Positions 1 to 8,938 of a stretch of 64,000 nucleotides of DNA are shown here, one piece after another. The stretch is from Raillietiella orientalis (Eukaryota). Numbering within the stretch: the first letter of the stretch is position 1; every line of letters begins with the position of its first letter. The notes beneath the pieces are model-generated. The model saw only the letters and a list, made by a program, of their open reading frames with translations, made no database searches and had not been told where the DNA came from. The DNA lies in contig JAYWIR010000002.1 in assembly GCA_036172245.1 (NCBI GenBank), forward strand, positions 124,001 to 188,000, read 5' to 3'. Position numbers and translations under genes: made by a program.

Positions 1-81
1 CTCTTCCACCAGTGCCGCACTCGAAGCCTGCAGCCAACCAGCGTCATCTTGCGAGGGGGGGGGGGAATCGAATTCCAGGAT

Positions 82-164
82 TCACCCATTTTCCGGCGTC
101 AGTTCTTCCCTGGGTGAGATTCGAACCCAGAACTCTTGGCACCATGCGGCCGCCGACGCGGTCC
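82..164 (-). mobile_element. tRNA-derived SINE-like repeat, copy 1 (internally deleted)
   Basis: Minus strand reads ccgcgtcggcggccgcatgg-tgccaagagttct-GGGTTCGAATCTC-acccagggaagaactgacgccggaaaatgg. It has a Pol III B-box and a tail shared with copies at 8871-8938 and 49478-49580. Confidence 0.55.
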
Positions 165-1711
165 TGTGATTTTCTGAGGCTGATGAACGATGGTTTTCCA
201 GGAGCTACTGAAAAGGAAGGAAAGGGTTGTGAAACTTGTGGTTTGGAGGCATTCTTCTTCCTCTGGTTCGCTCTGCGAAGAGCACATTCCGGACGTCGGA
301 TCCCCGCATGGCGTGATGTCCCTCCGCGTGAGCGCGCGAGCAGCTTCCGTAGCAACGGTTTCTTCGATTCACGAACCGTACCTTTACCTCCCTACGCGAA
401 GGGATCCCCTCGGCCGTCGTCTCCAGTGCCAGGAGCAGTGGCTCTTCGTTGTGGCAGGATTTGGGCTGAGAGCACGGGTTGCAAGTTGCGGTCGAGATGC
501 CAACTCCCAGCCCGATCAGGAGGTACTCCTTCGGCTGGGTGAGCGGTTTGGGACACGTAAAGCTGTACTTCGGGACGACCAAATCGGTTTGGACTCCACG
601 CAGATAAAGTATTTTATGACACGTAAATGTACACTTCAAGACAATTAAGTTGTTCTTTACGACAGTCTCTTGGCAGAGTAAGATTTTCCTGGATTGCTTT
701 CACGGGGAGACAGGGACGTTAGGCACGAGAATGCACTCTGTCTTCTTTGCGGGATCGAAAGTTGGTGTTATTTGAACACCGGCGAGTGCAGCTCCGAACG
801 AAGCTCGTTCGTTCCCGAAAATCAATAAGACGTTAGCCGTGTGCCTCCGGCTTTGTTTACGCGTTCATAGTTTTGGCCCTCTCAGCTACTCCCCGCGCCC
901 GCACACATAAAAAGTCGTAACTGGAAACCGAGGAATTGAAGATCATCATCCCCGCCCGTTCGAGATGCGGATGGTGGTTCTCACCCGGTTGCGCAGAGGC
1001 GTTTATTTTCTTCAAAATGGACTCACAAGAGCGATGGCAGATGCTTGGTCATGTTGCGTTCATTGCCAGCAGAGCCTGCTCGAGAAGCCGGCACGCAAGC
1101 CAGCGAGGTTTACTTCGGCAGCAGAAGGGGGAGGGGGACAAACAAAAAGAAAAATAAAATAAAAGTGAGTATATAAAAAAAACCTCTGGAGGGATCGGGA
1201 GGGGATCACAGAATGCTAAAGGGTGTCCTCCTTTCCAGGATGCTGTCAAGTTCCCGCTGGATTGCTCCCAGGTGGGACCTTCTTGATGCGATCCTGCTAA
1301 AGCGGGCTGCCACCTCGACGGCGTCCCTGTCGTCCTGGCCTCCTCTTCTGGCTCTCCATGCCGCCACGATGTCCCGCGTGCTGCTAGGGACGGGTGGCGT
1401 TAGGGCATCACCAACGAAGAGGAGCTTGTCAACGAGATCCGAATGGTGGTGGGTTTTTTTCTAATCCCCCGTTCCCGAGTAGCGTGATGTTCATCAGGTT
1501 ACTCGGGAGTTCGTTCACTGATGTGCATCAGGCAGGTCCCGTGGCTGCTTCCTCTTCCACGCGGAGCTTTCAGGAGCTGCTCAGTGCCAGCAAGGAAACA
1601 ACCTGCTTCCTCTCGTGTTTACGTCGTTTGCTGCTTTTTTCTTTTTTTACATGTATGCTGAGGTGCACGAAACGAAAAGTATTTCTATTTCAAAAAGTAT
1701 CTGGTGCGTAG

Positions 1712-2501
1712 GTGCTACAAGCTGACGGAGGCGACTCTGTGGCTTGTGTTGGTGCAGCAACCATGGCTCTTGTTGATGCTGGAATTTCAATGCAAGATTA
1801 TGCATGTGCATGCACTGCAAGCCTGATAAGAGATGATGCAACGGATGCTATCCACTATTCCAGTAGCTCCAGTGCTCCGCCATCACCGACAGCGATACCT
1901 TATTTTACGGGGTCAGCACCCTCGCCGTGGACTGTTTCTCCATCATCTACATGGTCGCGTACATCCCGCTCGTATTCCTGTTTTTCTAGATCCTGGACAA
2001 GAAGGAGCGTGGATCAAATGCATTCTCGCCTCCCTGGACCTCTTCACCGTCTCCTCCGTCGACCAAACCGTGGTGGCCGTCTCCCAGATATTCATCCATC
2101 CTAAGATCGCGTCAGTCTGGTTCGGCTCCAGCGAGATGCCCACCGCCCGCTCCCTGGGGGTGTTCGGCAACCAGGTGAGCATCGCATTCGGCTTTCTTCT
2201 GCCGTCTCTGCTCGTACCGGGTGAGCCTTCGGTAGAGAAGATGAGGCAAGGCCTGCTCGTTTTGTACTTGGCTGTATCCACCGTCTCCTTCCTCCTCATT
2301 TTGACAGTCTTCCCGGACCACCCCCCGTCGTCTCCCAGTCTGTCCCAGGAGTTCTGCGAGAGTGTCCATCTATTGGTGGATGCAAATCAATTGGAAGAGA
2401 CAATGGATGGACCCATGCTTGTAGCTGCTGTGCTCCCAAAGTCAGAGCGAACTGTGTTACTCCATCTGACTTCAAGATGCCATTTGGATCACTTAGATCC
2501 A
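1712..2501 (+). pseudogene. EXOSC4: EXOSC4/Rrp41 (RNase PH family) exon fragment, split by an insertion
   Basis: After acceptor gcgtAG(1711) it reads VLQADGGDSVACVGAATMALVDAGISMQDYACACTASLIRDD. It resumes at ~2365 as HLLVDANQLEETMDGPMLVAAVLPKSERTVLLHLTSRCHLDHL, matching the Rrp41 C-terminal half. No other exons were seen. Confidence 0.85.
1858..2352 (+). pseudogene. FLVCR: FLVCR/SLC49 MFS transporter fragment, intronless, disabled
   Basis: FQ*LQCSAITD..FYGVSTLAVDCFSIIYMVAYIPLVFLFF*ILDKK, then after a frameshift/deletion GAWIKC...KIASVWFGSSEMPTARSLGVFGNQVSIAFGFLLPSLLVP...FPDHPPSSPSLSQ. TAG stops at 1864 and 1987 replace conserved Trp codons. Confidence 0.85.
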
Positions 2502-2520
2502 GGGAAAAGCATCAGAATTC

Positions 2521-3387
2521 GTCGACATTCACTCTTCCATTTCAAGACCCTCAGTATTTTCGATTACATTAGGAGAATGTAATGAATTCGATTTCGAGCA
2601 CGTTGAAAGTTTCAGCTTTGCACGAATTTCACGTCACCCTCAAACTAAAAGGAACGCCAAGGACAGTCCCCGCTTCTGACGTGAGTTCAAGTCCGAGGAC
2701 GACAGTGAGTTCCAATAAGTGGATCACAGCAGGCTGTTGCGTTTTATCGGGGAAATCAGCTGCCTGCAGTTCACGACGATCCAAGCCACGGAATGCTTCC
2801 GTTCCAACATGTCGAAAGTCGCACTTCAGGATCCAAAACCAGGACGGACCGAGAAGACACGAGCAAAGCGCGCTGGTTCTCCTTCTCGAACGCCCGAGGG
2901 AGAACATTTGAGAAAAGAATGGTAATTGCAGCAAGGGAAGCATCTCCCGGAAATACTGAAACTCGAGGGAAACGTGAAGAGCATCCGTTGTTTCAGTTCG
3001 AATGATCTTTCAAGAACGAATTTTTTACTTTTCGTTGAATGTCCTTACCAAACGGAAGGGCATCTCTTCGACATGGAAACAAGATCAGCTACCTTGCTAC
3101 CAGACACTTATAATATGGACTCGTATGGTGACTTACGTACACTCCTATGTGTACGTCTGTGGCATCCATCGATTAAGGCGCATTTCACTTTCGCTTTCGA
3201 AGATCTAATTGTAATTATTAAACTGATCCCTGGTCCAATACAAACGATTTGGATTCAGCAGTGTTCACTGAAGAATCCACACGTACTGACGGACGTAGCT
3301 GTCAAAAATGACAGCGTATGTAGCTCGTTCTATCTGTGTATCATCATGATTATAAATCACGTGACTCTGCTGGAAGAGAATTCTTAA
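2521..3387 (+). pseudogene. degenerate reading frame of unknown origin
   Basis: About 290 codons in one frame with only 3 stops (~2677, 2716, 2923). It joins ORFs 2719..2925 and 2926..3387. Family not recognised. Confidence 0.35.
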
Positions 3388-3499
3388 GCGGGAATTGTTT
3401 CAAACGAGATGTGAAGAATACTCTTTAACCGATGTACATTGTACATTCTGATGCTTCTCTTTGGCGATAATAATAATCTCTCCGTCGATCTTCTCTTTG

Positions 3500-3750
3500 G
3501 AAATAATCCAAGTGGCATCTTGAAGTCAGCTGGAGTAACACAATTTGCTCTGACTTTGGGAGTACAGCAGCTACGAGCACAGATCCATCCATTGTCCCTT
3601 ATCAGGCTTGCAGCGCATGCACGTATGTAATCACGCATTGGAATTCCAGCTTCAACAAGAGCCATAGTTGCTACATCAACACAAGCCACGAAAGTGCCTC
3701 CACCAGCTTGTAGCAACCACACACCAAATACCTTTTGAAACAGAAATTTC
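3500..3750 (-). pseudogene. EXOSC4: second EXOSC4/Rrp41 exon fragment, inverted relative to the first
   Basis: LLQAGGGTFVACVDVATMALVEAGIPMRDYIRACAASLIRD, then a deletion with frameshift, then TMDGSVLVAAVLPKSEQIVLLQLTSRCHLDY. It shares the upstream intron flank (atttctRtttcaaaaRgtatYtggtg) with 1681-1711, but the acceptor AG is lost. Confidence 0.85.
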
Positions 3751-6355
3751 CCACTTGAGAAACTAGAACCCAGAGGTCGCGGGAATGTACAGTATACACC
3801 GGATAAAAGAGTATTCTGCATATCTCGTTTGAAAAATTCCCGCTTAAGAATTCTCTTGCAGCAGTGTCACTTGATATTTCATCATGATGATACACAGATA
3901 AAGAGAATTAATACGCTGTCATTTTTTGACAGATGCTTCCGGCCTAGCGGATGTGCAACGGCAGTGTGCTCTCCCATGGTGCTCCACTCCTCACCCACGC
4001 ATTCCATTAGGAGTTACCCCCCTAAACGCGCGACTAGAAGGAGAAACGTTCCATTTGTGAATTTTCAGTATATGGAACGAACAGGGAGCTCACGAGTAGA
4101 AGACCCCAGATACGTCGACTCCGGAGTCGGCGTCTCTGTGAGTCACATAGATGATGCTTTTGAGCCAAAAGCGGCCGACGGCACTTCATCCGATATGGGT
4201 GCACATGCACATACATAATGTATTTCGTGTCCAATAATTCTTCTTCGCATGAGTTTCTCTTTCCGGAATCGTGTGGTTTCGAAAGAAGATGGTCGGTTCC
4301 TTCCCACGCACGCTGCTCCAGAGTCCGCCGCACCTGTTCCAGGAGAGGTTCACCACGCCGGCAACTGAGGCAGGGCGGATAAGTAAGTAGAGGGGAATCC
4401 AGATTGAAGCTCGAGCGGTGTTCTTACGCTTCCATGCGGAGTAGGAGAATTTCCGCGTGCTCTCGAAGGGAGGTCAACTCGGCAGCAAGGCTTAATCTCT
4501 GTGGACGCATCTCGGGGATCCTCTCATCGCGTTCTTCAGACACAGGAAGGTTTCGAAAATACCCCGTCTCCCAGGACGGCGGTGTTTGTGGCTGCTGATT
4601 CCAGAGCTCTCATTGTCTTTGGAAGCTCAGGGAGAACGAGCAGAGGGGAGCGAGTCCGCAGCAACCGTTTCCGGGAGACGTTCCTGGTTTGGAACGGAGT
4701 TCTTTTGGGAACTCCGTCAACACGGGACTCTTGAAACCGAAGCTCTCGTGCGCTCGACGAGTCCAGATGCATCTCTTGCGCCCAACTCGCTCCTGCTTAT
4801 CGACCGCGAACCACCGAGGTCTGCTTCAACGTGACTGCTTCAACCTCGGAGGGACGTCGTCGAAACTGCGGACGTATTTGGACGCGTGTGCCACGTCGGG
4901 TGTGTCGGGGAAGGAGGGAGGCGGGATACGCTGGAATACGCTGGTTCCGGGTCTTCTGTGCTCTCACTCGTGGCAACAGGGCGCCTCGAACGTGTTGATT
5001 AAGAAAGCCGTCAGACGCATGCTTGTGCTTCGGAAATTTAATTTTCCTCCGGCAAGCAGAGGAAGAGCGTAGTGGTCGAAGCAAGATGGCGAAAAGAGAT
5101 GCCAGGAAGCAGCCCGTCTAATTCGGAAAAAATGACGGACTTCGCGTCATCAGATTCCCCCCCAGCCCTCCTCCTCACAAAGTCGAATCCGAAGAAACTC
5201 GATAATTTGAATAAATAGGTGTGCCGTAAAGAGAACGCTACAAATGAAAGAGCAAAACAAAAGTTGAGAGTTCTGCAAAATTATTTCCGGATTCGAAATC
5301 CAGGAAAGAGTTCACAGGCATGGAGTCATTCATATATTTCCGGGAAACTTCAGTGCTTGTGTGCACAGCATAGGATCCCGTTCAGGTTTCAGCTACGCTG
5401 AATGGTGACGTCAGCAGGGATTTCATCCTTGCAGGTTGGCTTGGGTGAACTCTGGAAAATGCACCTGGTAGCTCTTCATGGCACTGGCTGCACACGCTCA
5501 TCCTCCTGCTCTTCCTCCCCTTCTCAACGTCGCAAATGATGAGGTGTGATCGGAAGTGCTCTTCGCGCGCGCGAGCCGAGAAGAGCAGCTCCATCAGACG
5601 CTAGACCTCGGTTTGGATTGAGGAGAGTGCTTCATCCCTTTAGCGTCTCCCTCCTGGCACAGAATGGACAGTGTCCCTCGGCTCGAATTTTTCCAGAAGT
5701 CCCCACCCCCGGCATGTTGAAACCTTGCGGTTTGGTTTGAGGCAGCTGATCAGAGAAAGTGGGTTTGCAGGCACGCACTCTTCTGCATCCCCAACGGCCT
5801 GGACCGAGCGAGCAAATCCTGCCGCTTCTGTGCGAGGTTCTGGAGACCTTTCCCAGCTGACTTTGCGATTTCTTTTTTCTTTATCCCCGTAATCGGAGTT
5901 TGGCTTTCCCACCCATCCTGAAAGCATTCGAAGGTGCGCATGGCGGACACAAATTCTCCTGGGAATTTTGTGGGACCGCCACACGTGGAACGAAGACCCG
6001 GTCAAGAAGAATATGCAAGGACGATTGCATCACGCAGATCCGCCGCTCCGGTCATGCAGCTGTGCTTTAGATTTACAACGCTGAGGTCTCATTCCGCGAA
6101 GACTGCACTTCTGATCGGCCGACCGGTGTGATTTCGTGTTCACATTTCATGTCTGCATGCGTAAGATAAAAGTGGCCCTGGGCTTCTTTGGAGCAATTGG
6201 ATCACTTAACACAACCGCCCCGCGGCTCTGTGATCGGCTGAATTGAATTGTGATCAATCAGGAACACGTAGGTCTATTCGCTAGCCGCAAATTAGCCCTA
6301 AATTATCTTTCGGGGGAGAAAAAGGGGGGGAGGAGGAGACGAAAACGTTGCTGCC

Positions 6356-6394
6356 AAGTCGCCCAAGGAAACAACGAGTTTCCTTGGGCGACTT
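6356..6394. promoter_or_regulatory. perfect 17-bp inverted repeat; each arm resembles an RFX X-box
   Basis: aagtcgcccaaggaaac-aacga-gtttccttgggcgactt. The arm GTTTCC-TTG-GGCGAC fits GTYNCC-N0-3-RGYRAC. The palindrome is certain; its function is inferred. Confidence 0.45.
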
Positions 6395-7127
6395 TGTCCG
6401 AGCTTAAATTCACTGGCAAAGTATGAAATGGGAATCGGGGAGCAGAGTGCATATGCGACGAATCGTCTCGCTGGAACTCGGGAGCGCCTCTTGGGGAAGA
6501 GGGCAGGCAACACATCCACGAAACTCGATGCCGGCTCGTGCGGCCCTGCACTGTCGGGGCAGTGTGGATCGCTGGTGGACAGGTCCCGCGCAATCTGGGA
6601 ACGAGAAAGCGGGGGATACTGGGGGCACTGGAAGGTTTTCCAAGTCGCGGATCCCCGTGCACCCTCTTGAGCCACTCTGGCATCGATTTCCGTTCCCTCC
6701 TCTCCCGGAACGGGAAGTCAGGGAAGGAGGTACAACATCGGAGGGCTTCCTCGACCCTGGTGCTTCGGGAACTCTTCGGGCAGGACGATTGAAACGGTGG
6801 AGCAAGGCGGTTTTAAGCTAGAAGGGACAACGTGAACACGCTTCGCATCTTCTTCCTCCTACTCTCGCATCCTCCGTACCTGACAGTAGACTATCGTGTC
6901 GCTTGCCATCCTCTTCTCCTTCCCTTATTCGGTGTATACTGAAAAACCTGGACAGCCTCCAGGTCCAATAATGCTGTTATGTGGAGAATTGGTAGCACTG
7001 TAGAAAGCGTAGGTCATTCATGGTGCACGGCTTCAAATATTCTTTAGTTCGCGTGAATTAAACACGTCGAACTGCACATCTGCATGAGATAGTGGCGATC
7101 TGATTTCTCATTTTTAGGGTGCAAGTA

Positions 7128-7492
7128 CAGTGGTACCTCGGTACTCGTCGGTAATTCGTTCCGGAACTCGAGACGAGTGTCGAAACCGACGAGTACTGAA
7201 CGAGTTCCTTACTAGGCATCATAGTATCACTTTTAACTATTTTAGAGCCTATCATTAACGTTTAAAATGTACAGAAAGCACACAAAAGGGAACGATTCGG
7301 GTGGCACTCTATGGAAGTATTTGGCACTGTTCGCGAGCTACCACGGGACGAAAGTATTCACTTGTTTCATCATGAGTGAGGTGTCGAGTTCCGAGCAGGA
7401 GCCGTGTGTCGAAGCATTTTTTTTCCTCGACAAAATGCGACGAGCACAGACTTCGATGAATTCCTACACTGTCGAGTACCGAGGTAACATTG
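7128..7492. mobile_element. pogo/Tigger-type (Tc1/mariner superfamily) MITE, ~365 bp
   Basis: Left end TA|CAGTGGTACCTCGGTACTCGTC and right end GTCGAGTACCGAGGTAACATTG form a 22-bp TIR with 3 mismatches. No transposase. The right TA is not preserved. Confidence 0.7.
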
Positions 7493-8687
7493 CTCAAGGC
7501 ATGGCCAGTCCGCGGCGTGCGTTGGACTTGGCCGCATCCCTCCACCATGAAGATGTAATTTGGGCCGTGGAAAAGGGAGATGCAGCGTAGGTCACGAAAG
7601 CATCCCGTTTCTTGCACCTCGGCTGCAACAGGAAATTATTTCTGAGTGCACCCACTTTTAAGATCCGCAGCCGTTGCAAGTAACTATGACGTTTTCCTCA
7701 TTAAGGATCACTTCATTCATCATTTTTGCTTATCATGCGTGGCATTCGAGGAAAAGGGGGAGAGGGGGGGAGGGGAATTCTCCCTAATCGCAACCTAGCG
7801 AACTGCTTCGCTAAGTGACCTTCAGCTATCTGGGTAAGCCGAAACTGTCAGCCTGCCGCGTTGCCATTATCTGCTTCGCAGTGACCTGGCAGTCGCAGCA
7901 ATGTTGCAGGCAGGGCAAACTAGCGACGAACTTGGAAAGGAAAAAAAAGAAAACAAAACGCATGTGGCTGTAGCCGTTCTTGGAGACGGATTCTTTCTTT
8001 CTTTTCGCCCGGTCACGCCGGGGTCTTCATTGTAATTCGAATAATTCTCAAGAAACTGTCTTTTTATATAAAATGGAGGTCTTTCTCCGGTTGGTAGCTT
8101 CACAGCACCACTGAGAAGGAAGATGCCTCGGAGGAGCTGCTTCTCGTGATCGCCCGATGAGGTCCGCACAGGAGGAGTGGGGGAAAGAGTGAACAAAAAA
8201 ACACATAAATAAACAAAAGTTCAGTTTTAAGATGTCAGAAAGGAGAGGAAGGGATCACGGATTTCTTCCTGGAGTTCTCAGCCTCCTTTTGTTGGCAGGA
8301 TGTAGCCATCTTGTCACTTTCCTCATGAAGGAGTAAACGATTGCAATAACCCCTCTCCGTTCGGCGCGGCTTCTCGCCGCCACGATCCCATGGACGCAGC
8401 ACGGAGCTGCAAGGGAAGCTGCAGGCTCTGTCTTTTCGGCTATCATTTGATCTCTAGCTGAAACTCCTGGAGGTATAGGAAAGGCCGATCCCTGCCAAGG
8501 TGGTTTCATTGCATTGCGCAAAAGGATCATAATGTTTCGGGAAACAGCAAGAGATAAAGAAGTTTCTGAAAAGAGAACGAAGGAAAATGGGTGATTCCGT
8601 GCGAAGGGCACCCACCACCAGTGATTTAACCATCGAGAAAGAACGGGGTTGGCGGCGCCGTGTGGCTGCGGTTTCTCACCATGACAG

Positions 8688-8828
8688 ACCATTACCTCCA
8701 TCACCATCATCTTACTCATCTCGTACCCCCTATGACTTATACCAACAACTTCCAAGCTTACCATCTCAAACCCTATCAAACTAATAGCAAAAAACATCAT
8801 TAGTAACCTACACCACCAATCCACCTCA
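8688..8828 (+). other. possible NUMT (atp6-like N-terminal fragment)
   Basis: Strongly G-poor, A/C-rich tract. In the invertebrate mitochondrial code it reads TITSITIILLISYPLWLMPTTSKLTISNPIKLMAKNIISNLHHQ with TGA=Trp at 8733, resembling the ATP6 'WLMP' region. Confidence 0.35.
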
Positions 8829-8863
8829 TCAAGGCATGGCCAGTCCGCGGCCATACCTTGATG
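8827..8863. repeat. short fold-back, possible hAT-like TIR remnant
   Basis: catcaaggcatggcc-agtccgc-ggccataccttgatg. The 23-mer tcaaggcatggccagtccgcggc recurs exactly at 7495-7517. Confidence 0.45.
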
Positions 8864-8870
8864 CCAAACG

Positions 8871-8938
8871 TGGTGCCAAAAGTCGCGGGTTCAAGTCCCT
8901 CCTGGCCGGGGAAGGACCGACGCCGAGAAATGGATGCG
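8871..8938 (+). mobile_element. tRNA-derived SINE-like repeat, copy 2 (5'-truncated)
   Basis: tggtgccaaaagtcgc-GGGTTCAAGTCCC-tcctggccggggaaggaccgacgccgagaaatgg aligns with the copies at 82-164 and 49478-49580. Confidence 0.55.

Noticed and set aside
205-639. Possible minus-strand exon (TCPKPLTQPKEYLLIGLG...CNPCSQPKSC)
   Set aside because: Plausible splice sites, but no recognisable family and no linkable exons in the window.
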